64,000 nt of DNA, from NCBI GenBank assembly GCA_045863295.1, contig BTWA01000023.1, positions 1 through 64,000 of the forward strand, written 5' to 3'. Origin of the DNA: Candidatus Hydrogenedentota bacterium (GTDB taxonomy: Bacteria > Hydrogenedentota > Hydrogenedentia > Hydrogenedentales > SLHB01). This document shows, one piece after another, positions 18,351 through 26,921 of the stretch; within the stretch, counting starts at the first letter, position 1; each line of letters opens with the position of its first letter. The notes under the pieces were generated by a model. The model was not told the DNA's origin, did not search any database, and saw only the letters and a program-made list of their open reading frames with translations. The position numbers and the translations under genes were made by a program.

Positions 18351-18560
18351 AGGCCGGAGGCGGGAGGCTGGAGACCGGAGGGATTAATTGTGAGAAGGTG
18401 AGAACGCGGGGAGGGGAGTCGTCCACAGATTGCACGGATTTTCACAGATAATAAGCGAAGTGGGGATGTGGGAATGGTGGTGGGTTTGGCATCTGGCAAG
18501 GGTCGCTATTTGGAGTGCGCTGGCAGAGCCCGCTTAGGCGGGCGGCGACGGCGCTTTGGC
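18351..18560. repeat. Intergenic patchwork of short repeats and palindromes
   Basis: Heptamers aggccgg/aggcggg/aggctgg/agaccgg (18351-18378); CAC(A/G)GAT x3 (18424-18449); hairpin GCCCGC-TTAG-GCGGGC (18528-18543) within a longer imperfect palindrome. Confidence 0.6.
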
Positions 18561-18796
18561 TCTTTGGAAAATGGGGTGGCGAGGTTTGTTGTGGCGTTTG
18601 GTTTGCAGGGCGGAGTCTGTACTTCGAGAGCAAGAAACTGTGTCTTGGCTTTCGCAAAGCTTCAACTAAGACTCAACGAAGACTCTTTCTTGGAGGATGG
18701 TGGTTCAATATTGATTGGACTTTGGTAACGGATCACCGAGTAAACTTAGGCAATGCCATTTTGATATACTTATCATAGACAGGTAGGAGATGAACT

Positions 18797-19594
18797 ATGG
18801 GACTCTGGCCCAGCGACGCGTTCAAGAAGGGAGTTGCGAGTAGTATCGTGGTATTCGCACTAATCGTTGGTGTGGCCTTGTACTTTATAGATCAAATATA
18901 CAAGCTCAAGGATGAGCAACGACAAATGATTGAGACAGAACTTACGAACATGACAACTCGGGCCGACGACCTTAGCCAGCAACTGGCGGAACTTATCAGT
19001 CAAAAATGGCGCGAAAAATATGAAGCCGAACGACTTCAAGTTGAAACCTTGTCGGAGGAAGCATCACTTATTAGGAAGCAATATGAAGATCAAATTAAGG
19101 AATTGACTGCTGGGTTCAAGGGGACTGCACAGCCAGACACGGCAAGCCTGATTTCTGGTATTGCCCAGTTGCGGCGAGAAAAGGAGATTCTAGTGGAAAA
19201 GCTTGAGCTTGCCAACTCAGAGCTCTCTCGACTTCGCGAAATATATACTAAGTCTCCATCTCTCTTTTTGCCTTCGGGCGGTCTCGAAGCAGCTACCAAG
19301 AGTATCCATGGAACTAATTCAATCGAAGTGAAGCGAGGTGAGGGATGGTCTAGTCCAGATGGAATTGTTACGTTTGGGGTTGAGGGAATAAGCGTCAATC
19401 GTGCACGGCCAGGAATATCGGCAAGCCACAACGCCGATGTAAAAGTGTTTGGCGAACGTCAAAAGGCGCAAGCCGGTTCCACATTCTCTAAAGAAATTGA
19501 AGGTCAGGTCTATCGTGTCAATGTGATAGGCATAAATGCGACCGATCAAACAGTGACCATAGTATACGCGGGACCAGTAGGTAATCCCAAGTAG
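18797..19594 (+). CDS. Hypothetical protein: N-terminal TM, coiled coil, C-terminal beta-rich domain (lower GC)
   Basis: AGGAG RBS; single TM segment then an E/L/Q/K heptad-rich region. Confidence 0.8.
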   Translation: MGLWPSDAFKKGVASSIVVFALIVGVALYFIDQIYKLKDEQRQMIETELTNMTTRADDLSQQLAELISQKWREKYEAERLQVETLSEEASLIRKQYEDQIKELTAGFKGTAQPDTASLISGIAQLRREKEILVEKLELANSELSRLREIYTKSPSLFLPSGGLEAATKSIHGTNSIEVKRGEGWSSPDGIVTFGVEGISVNRARPGISASHNADVKVFGERQKAQAGSTFSKEIEGQVYRVNVIGINATDQTVTIVYAGPVGNPK

Positions 19595-19749
19595 CTTATG
19601 GGTTCGAGCGATTCGATTCAGCCTCGAAATGTGTGAAAGTTCTGGCATGCTTATGGGTTGTGGGCCGCTTGATTTGCGGCCCGTTACTGGACTGCTTGCA
19701 GAGAATCAAGTGGTCAATAGATTTCTCATTTGAGAGGCGAGTTTACCAT

Positions 19750-20973
19750 ATGGTGTTCTTGTTGGGCCTTCTTGCAGCAATTTGTTCGGTATGTGCAGCA
19801 TCATTCACGTTCTTGGCCAAAATACAAAGGGACGACGAAAAAAAAGCGACAAAGCGCTTATTTCTTACCGGCTGGACAAGCTTACGCAATGCACCATGGA
19901 GAAACCTTCCTTATGACGTTGCCGTTTGGTTCGTAGGCAAAAAGGTTAGTATTGCGGGCGTATTTGACAAGTTAATGGATGGAAAACGGGGGTATATCCA
20001 TGTATTTGGTGTACCCATTTTGTCGGGGATTGGAATGTGGCTTTGGTTGGGCGCGGTGCCGGCAATTTACGTTTCTTTGGTTGCTGCGGCCGGGGCAGTC
20101 GGGGATTATTTCATCCAAACAAGGAGACTCGGTCTCGAATATGGCTATACCCACTGGCGGAATCTTCTGGATACGGCTGTTTATGGGTCTCTTGGTACCT
20201 CGTGGGTGTTTTGTGGGATAGCTTGGACGGTAGTACTGACTAACATGACACCAATTCATGCAGCGTTTTTGGCGACCGTTTTGGCGCCTTTCGTTTCCAT
20301 TCAGATTGCGTTTCCAAGTTCTGTAGCGCTCCGTGTCTCACAACTACTCTTGGGGCGTGTATCTATCACGTTTTCTGACATTTTTGACCGGGAGTGGAAG
20401 CTTTTTACTTTGTCAGGTTCGTTTAGTTACGTACTGACTTTCTATGCTCTGGCATTGGGTGAGATCACCTCCGCAATTATTGCAGAGGAGGTCACGATTC
20501 AGTTTATAGTATCAAATGTCTTTTTTGATGCGTTGACAGTAATAGTCTCGTTGTTTACTTTGGGATTTGCGACGGGTCCGTCGGGGCGTCGTCTGTGGGT
20601 ACCGCTTGTTTTTCTAGCTGAGATTGTACTTGCTTCTGTTTTTGCGTGCCTTTCCGTGTTTGTTGGACTGTATGGCACTACTCAGCAACTTTCTTTTCGC
20701 CAAGTAGCTCACATATTGCTCGCCAGGTCCGCAGATGGGGGTAGTTTTGAACTGTCTCCCTATTTTTGGTCGATGCACACGACATTTATTCCTGTTGTGT
20801 TGTTGTTCTTGATCGTGTGTGTGGCTTGGATTGGCCGAATGGGTCTAGTTGCTGTTGAATGGTTCACTGGCCGAGGCAAAGATTCAGAAGAGCCCCTGGC
20901 GCTTGTCTCGGCCCTATTTACGCTTTTGGCCGTTGTTTTCGGTACATTTGCTTATCTATTCGGAAAAGGTTAA
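19750..20973 (+). CDS. Hypothetical polytopic membrane protein (lower GC)
   Basis: About 10 hydrophobic segments; ATG 19750 is preferred over GTG 19633, but the start is uncertain. Confidence 0.75.
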   Translation: MVFLLGLLAAICSVCAASFTFLAKIQRDDEKKATKRLFLTGWTSLRNAPWRNLPYDVAVWFVGKKVSIAGVFDKLMDGKRGYIHVFGVPILSGIGMWLWLGAVPAIYVSLVAAAGAVGDYFIQTRRLGLEYGYTHWRNLLDTAVYGSLGTSWVFCGIAWTVVLTNMTPIHAAFLATVLAPFVSIQIAFPSSVALRVSQLLLGRVSITFSDIFDREWKLFTLSGSFSYVLTFYALALGEITSAIIAEEVTIQFIVSNVFFDALTVIVSLFTLGFATGPSGRRLWVPLVFLAEIVLASVFACLSVFVGLYGTTQQLSFRQVAHILLARSADGGSFELSPYFWSMHTTFIPVVLLFLIVCVAWIGRMGLVAVEWFTGRGKDSEEPLALVSALFTLLAVVFGTFAYLFGKG

Positions 20974-21092
20974 TCGCGTTAAGGCGTTCAAAGTTTTAGC
21001 GTTAGGCAGTTGTCTCGCCAGTATGACATTGGGCTGCTGAGCAGCTTCGAACGTTTCCAGCATACAATAATTGGGATTCCTGAAGTCAGGGG

Positions 21093-22115
21093 CTATTTTG
21101 ACAGATAGTCTTTTATCATTGGACCCAAGAATCCGCCAACTATGAGTAACAACAACGCCCAAAATATGTAGACCAAGATCGCAAAACGGCTATAGCTAGC
21201 TCTTAAATCGTCCAGTCTATTTCCATGCTCTTTTCCTGTCTCTGCCATCTTATCGCCGTCCTTCTTCACTGATGCGACGTCCTGTGTAAGTATAAGGACA
21301 TTGCGACTCACTTCCGAGATTTGCTTTGCATTTTCGGTGGTCAGGTTTTCCAGTCTTGTAACCTGATTACTGACCAAGGAAATTGTGCCGGAAAGCTTGT
21401 CCACATCTTGTGAAACACGTTCCACGTTACCAGTCAGCGTCTTGATCGGCTCTATGACATTTTCGTACTTGCTTCGCAGGTCAAGGATCTGTTGAGTAAT
21501 ACTATCGATTTTTTTGACATGTTCACTAAGTTGATGCCAGGAAAGAACCTCCATATTTGCCATGAAGTCGACAAATCCGGCAGGAAACTCACCTTTATAC
21601 AGATAAGGATCTTTGCCTTTCGGGTGTTCCACGGGCTGGCCAAGAGTCTCGAACACGAGACTACATAGAGGTTCCCCTTTTCCCAAAACCACCCGCTTCG
21701 ATGATGCGTTGTAAAACCCAAAGAGCAGATGGCCCTCGTACCCCGGATCGACTTGCGCGCCCGTCAGCAACGCAATGCCTTTGTACGAGAAGGAGCGCTT
21801 CGTATTGATGCGGACCAACATATCCGCTGGAACGCGTATTCGCTCCAACGAGACTACCGCAGCGTAGCATCCCGGGGTTAACTCAAGACGTGATTGGTTT
21901 AGATCTATTTCTGTACCGCTGCCTCCAATCACTGCTCTGCTGCCGATGCGGACATCGTAGGAGCAGGAGTCTAGGCCTCTATCATCGAAGCCATTGGCAT
22001 CTATAAGTGTACCCATTCGCACCAGATCACGAATTTGCGAGTCAAGTAAGACGACGCCGGGCTGTAGCTTTTCTGTAAACAAACGGAGCTGAGTATCGTG
22101 GTTTTCTGACATCAT
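21093..22115 (-). CDS. dCTP deaminase/dUTPase-fold protein fused to a coiled coil and C-terminal TM helix
   Basis: 'LLDSQI', 'SYDVRIG', 'VDPGYEG', 'FYN' resemble Dcd; then roughly 110 aa of heptads and 'FAILVYIFWALLLLIVGGFLG'; GAGGGG RBS. Confidence 0.82.
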   Translation of the reverse strand: MMSENHDTQLRLFTEKLQPGVVLLDSQIRDLVRMGTLIDANGFDDRGLDSCSYDVRIGSRAVIGGSGTEIDLNQSRLELTPGCYAAVVSLERIRVPADMLVRINTKRSFSYKGIALLTGAQVDPGYEGHLLFGFYNASSKRVVLGKGEPLCSLVFETLGQPVEHPKGKDPYLYKGEFPAGFVDFMANMEVLSWHQLSEHVKKIDSITQQILDLRSKYENVIEPIKTLTGNVERVSQDVDKLSGTISLVSNQVTRLENLTTENAKQISEVSRNVLILTQDVASVKKDGDKMAETGKEHGNRLDDLRASYSRFAILVYIFWALLLLIVGGFLGPMIKDYLSK

Positions 22116-22328
22116 GCCCCCTCACAAACCGGAAGTACTTTAGTATACTCCTTGCAAGGTGATTGTGAACGGTAATTGTGGCTTATTCAACTTTAATTGC
22201 GTCGCCGGTGGGCGCGGTCGACTGGCGTAAGAGGTTGACCTTGCTTTGGCTGCGGCAGGCGAGTGCAACAAGCTGGTCTTTAAAGGATGGAGGGGTGTGT
22301 TTGGTTTTTTTGAGATTGGAGGTTTTGT

Positions 22329-23816
22329 GTGATGGTGCCGTTGGTGGATTTGTTTAATGCGTTGATGGTGGAGCGGGTTGGGTCGGGGGATGTTGCCGAG
22401 GCTGGGGCTGGCGTAGAGGCTGAGGCGTGGGAGGATTTGGGGTCGCGGGTGGGGTTTGCGAACCGGTTTTTGCGGGATCGGGGTGGGGCGGCTTGGGTGC
22501 CGCGGTGGTATCAGCATCGGTCTTTGGATTCGGTGGCGGAGCGCAAGGTCCATTGCGACGGTCGCGATGTTGGGAAGACTTCTGAGATCGAGATCATTGC
22601 GGCGTGGGCTTCGGTGGCGCGGCCGAATTCGGAGATGTTGATTGCGACGCAGTGTGAGAATCATTTGTTTCCGTTGATGGATCGGATTGTGCGGGTGTTT
22701 GAACGGAATCCTGCGTTCAGCGGGACGTTGGTTGATATTAAGCGCACGCCTTCGTGGTGTTTGCGGTTTTCGAATGGGTTTGTGTTGTGGGGGCGGATTG
22801 CGGGGCCGCATGGGATGAATTTTCAGGGGTTGCATGTGGATTGGCAGATTGTGGATGAGGCACAGGAGATGACGGATGCGGCGTGGGAGGAGTTGTTTCA
22901 GGCGTTGAATGGGGGCGGGATGCGGTGGGTGTATGGGGTGCCGAATGGGTTGCGGAACACGTTTTACCGGATGACGCAGGATCCGAAGCCGGAACAGTAT
23001 TCTTGGCCGTCGTCGCTGAATCCGGAATTCACGGCGGAGAAGGATGCGGAGTTGGCGCTGTTGTATGGCGGGCGGGATTCGGCGGGGTATGTGCATCGGG
23101 TGTTGGGGCAGCATGGATCGCCTGCGTATGCGGTGTTCGATCTGGAGGCGTCGGGGGCGGGCGGGGCGGCGGGGGCGGCGTCCGGGTCGGGGGCGCGGGG
23201 GGCGGCGGAGGGGGCGGCGGCGGGGGGGGGGGGGGCGCGGGGGGAGTATTACCTGGGTTGCGATTTGGGGTATGTGCGCGATCCTTCTGAGTTTGTGATC
23301 TATCGGTGGGATGCGCCGGATTTGGTGAATGTGGGGCGGGTGCAGTTGCGGGGGGTGAATTATCATCGGCAGCAGGGGATCATCGAGGCGTTGGATCGGG
23401 CGTATGATTTTCGGGTGGTGGGCATTGATGCGGGGAGCAATGGGAGTGCGGTGGCGCATAACCTGAAGGCGATCGATCGGTTGTGGCATGAGAAGGTGAT
23501 GGCCTTTGCGTTCGGGGGCATGACGGAGGTGGGGGAATTTCCGGATGGGGGATCGGATCGGCGGCCGACGAAGTTGTTTATGACGGAGTTGCTGCAGCGG
23601 CGGATGGCGGATCGGACGATTGTGTTTCCGGTGTTGGCGGATCGGGAGTCGCAGTATGCGGGGCACACGTATAGCTGCGGGTTGCGCAATCAGATCCTGT
23701 TCGACAAGGGCAATGATCACATCATCGATGCGGATCGGTGCGCGGTGTTGGCGCATTACTTGGATACGCAGGACCGCGGGACGTATTGCCGGCCGCTGGT
23801 GATCGAAACGTTTTAA
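22329..23816 (+). CDS. Phage terminase large-subunit-like protein (ATPase + RNase H-like nuclease)
   Basis: Walker A 'GRDVGKT', Walker B 'IVDEAQ', 'GVPNG'; nuclease motifs 'LGCDLG..RDPS', 'GIDAGSNG', 'NDHIIDA'; GGAGG RBS. Confidence 0.85.
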   Translation: MMVPLVDLFNALMVERVGSGDVAEAGAGVEAEAWEDLGSRVGFANRFLRDRGGAAWVPRWYQHRSLDSVAERKVHCDGRDVGKTSEIEIIAAWASVARPNSEMLIATQCENHLFPLMDRIVRVFERNPAFSGTLVDIKRTPSWCLRFSNGFVLWGRIAGPHGMNFQGLHVDWQIVDEAQEMTDAAWEELFQALNGGGMRWVYGVPNGLRNTFYRMTQDPKPEQYSWPSSLNPEFTAEKDAELALLYGGRDSAGYVHRVLGQHGSPAYAVFDLEASGAGGAAGAASGSGARGAAEGAAAGGGGARGEYYLGCDLGYVRDPSEFVIYRWDAPDLVNVGRVQLRGVNYHRQQGIIEALDRAYDFRVVGIDAGSNGSAVAHNLKAIDRLWHEKVMAFAFGGMTEVGEFPDGGSDRRPTKLFMTELLQRRMADRTIVFPVLADRESQYAGHTYSCGLRNQILFDKGNDHIIDADRCAVLAHYLDTQDRGTYCRPLVIETF

Positions 23817-26281
23817 TGGGCGACGTCGATCTGATGTCCGCAGGCATTCACGATGTCCCAGGCGGCTTCTTCGGCGCTGTTGATGTCGCCGTCGTTTGAG
23901 GTGACGGCGACGACCATCTTTTTTTCGGGGACGAATGCGACGAGTGCATACCACATGGTGTTCGAGCCGTTGTGCCAGTAGACCGTGTGGCGCAGGCGCG
24001 CGCCGCCTTCGTCTTTCACCCAGCCGCAGGCGTAGTCGTCGAGTTCGGGTGTGTGCAGGCGCTGGTAGGAATCCGCATTGAGGATCGTGCCCTCGCCGAG
24101 TTCGCCGCGCATGTGTTCCGTTGCGTAGGTGCAGAGATCCTGGAGCGACATGTGCGCGGTGCCTGCGGGTCCGATGATCGGGGTGTTGTCGGCGTCTTCG
24201 CCCACGCCGATTTTCAATCCCATGATTCCGTTGTGGCCTTGGGGTTGTTCGATGGGCTTGTCCTTGCTTTTGGGCGGGCCGAAACCGGCGCTGGTCAGGT
24301 TCAGCGGTTCGAACACTTCGCGCGTGACGAGGTCTTCCCAGGGTTGGCCGGCGGCCGCTTCGGCCATCGCGCCGGCGATGGTATAGCCGGCGTTTGAGTA
24401 GGCGTGGTGCGTTCCGGGCGTGTGGTCCGGTTTGTGAGCGAGGAGCTTCAGCACTGTTTCCCGGCGCGCGTCGACGCGTTCAGCACCGGGCGCGGGATTC
24501 TGCAGTTGTGTTCCGCGCGGAAAATTCGCCGGGGCGCCGGAGGTGTGCGTCAATAGGTGCCGGAGCGTGGCCGATTTCCATTCTTCGTTCACGGACGCCT
24601 CGGGGAAGTACGTGCCGATGGTGTCGGTCCATTGCATTTTACCGGATTCGATCAAGCGGGCGATCATGGTCGCGGTGATCGATTTGGTGATGGAGCCGAG
24701 GTGCCATTGGTCCGTGATCTCGATGGGTACGCCGCTGCGCGCCTTGCGTTGGCCGTCCGCGGCGGAAGCGATTACGCGGCCGTCGATCATGACCATCGCA
24801 GCGAGACCCACGAGATTCTTCTCGTCGCGCAGGCGTGGGATCTTCTCCGCGACCAAAGTCTGCGCGCCTTCGACGGGGACGGTGTTCTCCGTAGTTTTCC
24901 ATTCATCGAGGCGTTCGCGCATTTGGTTTGCATCGCGCAACTTTTCGCGGTTCTCTCGGGTCATGGGCACGTTGTCGAGGGTGCGCGGAGTGGCGGAGCC
25001 GCGCGGAAGCACGACCAGACGCACGGTATTGCCGGGTTTGTGGCCCATGCGCGTGAGTACTTCGACGAGGTCTTCCTCAAAGCGCTTCCGCCACTTTGCC
25101 TCATAGTTTTCCTGGCAGAAGATGACGATGTCCGACGCGGGGATATCGTTCAGCGAGAGGAGCATGTACCATTCCTTCTCCACACGGACTTCGGGATGGA
25201 GATCCTGCCAGCGCACGGTGGCAAACGGGGTCTTCACGGCATGGTCGACGACCTGCGGAACGAGCGATCCGAAAGGTAGCAGGACCAGCCGCAGGGTTTC
25301 GCCGGGAGTGTGTCCCATCCCGGTGAGAACGTCGCCGAGATTCGTTTCGAACTGCTTGCGCCACTCGTCGCCGTAGGTTTTCTGGCCGTACGCCACAATG
25401 TCTTCGATGGGGAGTGTGTTCACACCCGCGAGGGTGAACCACTCTTCGCCCACAAGGATGTCGGGGCGGGGTTTCTGCCATCGGACAGCGGAGAAGGGTG
25501 CTATCTTCGGGTACTCGTTTTCAAACCACTTAATTGCGAAGTAGGCTCCAATACCAATCAAGAAGATCACTGCGGCAGCGACAACCGCGCCAAAGATTTG
25601 CTTGCGCGGGGAAGGTATCTGCAAGACCGGGCTGTTCAGGAGTATGGGATATTCGCCGAGCACTTCGCGGGAATCGGCGCCGCCGAGGCTGGCGAGCAGC
25701 GCGAGCAATTCGCGGCGCCTGGGTTCGTGGCGCGTGCGGATGTTGTTTCGGGTCGTATAGTACGTGAAGCCGTAGACACCGAGGACAATGCCGGCGAAGA
25801 GTGTGCCGGATACCGCGGCTTCGAACCAGTTTTTGGAGGACAGCCACGTGACGTGAGAGAAGAACACGAACATGGCCGCGGCGCAGGGCAGTTGCGTCCA
25901 CCGAAATATTCTGCGCTCCATCCAGATTTGGTGATCGAGCAGGGCCACCGAGGCTTTGATTCCGCCGGTAATCGAGTCATCGGTTACGCGGGGTAATCGC
26001 TTGATGCGGGTACGATGGAAGAGTTTGAATGCGATGCTCCACAGCAATGCAGGGGCCATGAGATAGATTGTCCATGGAGATCCCAGGATGAATCCGCCCA
26101 CGATGAAAACGAGCACCAGGATTAGTTCGATGACAATGGCGCCCACGTCGCCCCAGAGCACGACGGTTCGCAGTTCACGCTGATTCCGTTGCACGGCCTC
26201 CCGCAACAAGTTCGCGTCAATGGTGACGTGCGTTTGCGCGGTGTGCGACTTCCACGCCTGCTGAAATTCGTCAGGGCTCAT
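23813..26281 (-). CDS. Membrane protein with anti-sigma-like N-terminus, duplicated ~90-aa domain and C-terminal serine hydrolase (beta-lactamase/class C-like) domain
   Basis: SxxK 'GSITKS', 'LLTHTSG', 'YSN', 'HNGS'; about 5 N-terminal TMs; overlaps the ECF sigma stop codon. Confidence 0.85.
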   Translation of the reverse strand: MSPDEFQQAWKSHTAQTHVTIDANLLREAVQRNQRELRTVVLWGDVGAIVIELILVLVFIVGGFILGSPWTIYLMAPALLWSIAFKLFHRTRIKRLPRVTDDSITGGIKASVALLDHQIWMERRIFRWTQLPCAAAMFVFFSHVTWLSSKNWFEAAVSGTLFAGIVLGVYGFTYYTTRNNIRTRHEPRRRELLALLASLGGADSREVLGEYPILLNSPVLQIPSPRKQIFGAVVAAAVIFLIGIGAYFAIKWFENEYPKIAPFSAVRWQKPRPDILVGEEWFTLAGVNTLPIEDIVAYGQKTYGDEWRKQFETNLGDVLTGMGHTPGETLRLVLLPFGSLVPQVVDHAVKTPFATVRWQDLHPEVRVEKEWYMLLSLNDIPASDIVIFCQENYEAKWRKRFEEDLVEVLTRMGHKPGNTVRLVVLPRGSATPRTLDNVPMTRENREKLRDANQMRERLDEWKTTENTVPVEGAQTLVAEKIPRLRDEKNLVGLAAMVMIDGRVIASAADGQRKARSGVPIEITDQWHLGSITKSITATMIARLIESGKMQWTDTIGTYFPEASVNEEWKSATLRHLLTHTSGAPANFPRGTQLQNPAPGAERVDARRETVLKLLAHKPDHTPGTHHAYSNAGYTIAGAMAEAAAGQPWEDLVTREVFEPLNLTSAGFGPPKSKDKPIEQPQGHNGIMGLKIGVGEDADNTPIIGPAGTAHMSLQDLCTYATEHMRGELGEGTILNADSYQRLHTPELDDYACGWVKDEGGARLRHTVYWHNGSNTMWYALVAFVPEKKMVVAVTSNDGDINSAEEAAWDIVNACGHQIDVAH

Positions 26282-26792
26282 GCGTGTCCCCTTTCATCAG
26301 AGTGCTCAATGCTTTTTTGGCGCGGTTCAGTTTGACGCCCACGTTGCTTTCGGAGATGCCGAGGATTTCCGCCATTTCGCGGTAGCTGAGTTCGTCGAGA
26401 TAGAGCAGGACCAGCGCCGTGTCGGCTTTGGGCAGCTTATGAATGGCCTTGTAAAGTTGATCGACGGTGTCTCTGTGCTGCACTTGTTCGGCTGTGCTTG
26501 GGGCTTCGGCTTCCATGTGCACTTCCAGCAGCGGTTGCTGAAACGAGCGGCGGGGTTTGTCTTTCCTGTGCCAATTCATGGCGGTATTCAGCGCCACGCG
26601 ATAGAACCATGTGGCGGGGCTGGAGTTTCCCTGAAACGCAGGCAGCGATTGCCATGTTTGTAGCAGGATTTCCTGGGCGAGGTCCTGGCACTCTTCGTTC
26701 GTAAGCGTATAGGCGCGCGCCACTTTCATAATGGCCGCGCCGTGCTGGCGCAGCCATTCCATGTACAACATGTGTTGATCGCGGTGTGTCAT
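26271..26792 (-). CDS. ECF-type RNA polymerase sigma factor
   Basis: 'DLAQE', 'TWFYRVALN', 'LSYREMAEILGISESNVGVKLNRAK'. Confidence 0.95.
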   Translation of the reverse strand: MTHRDQHMLYMEWLRQHGAAIMKVARAYTLTNEECQDLAQEILLQTWQSLPAFQGNSSPATWFYRVALNTAMNWHRKDKPRRSFQQPLLEVHMEAEAPSTAEQVQHRDTVDQLYKAIHKLPKADTALVLLYLDELSYREMAEILGISESNVGVKLNRAKKALSTLMKGDTHEP

Positions 26793-26863
26793 AGTTTCGC
26801 CTTCGGAGATATTGGTACCTCGTGCGGGCGCGTTCTTACAACGAATTCTGCAGGAGACACGAA

Positions 26864-26896
26864 GGGGGCACTTGCGCTTGCCGCGAAAGTGCCCCC
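26864..26896 (-). terminator. Stem-loop downstream of the DUF1080 gene (probable terminator)
   Basis: GGGGGCACTT...AAGTGCCCCC 10-bp inverted repeat; weak U-tract. Confidence 0.5.
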
Positions 26897-26921
26897 GGGA
26901 TAGTCGTACGTCAGGTTGGCC

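Noticed and set aside
17035..18401. Several Gly-rich plus-strand ORFs and the 265-aa alternative minus-strand ORF
   Set aside because: Low-complexity products of the skew; only the 16712-18289 frame carries recognisable motifs.
18700..22200. Integron cassette array
   Set aside because: A GTTAGGC occurs at 21001, but I found no matching RYYYAAC/attC fold, gene orientations are mixed and no integrase is present.
16712..23816. Intact prophage
   Set aside because: No portal, capsid, tail, lysis or integrase genes are recognisable.
22140..23954. 604-aa minus-strand ORF
   Set aside because: R/P/H/I-rich shadow of the terminase gene; the G/T skew on plus removes stop codons from the opposite strand.
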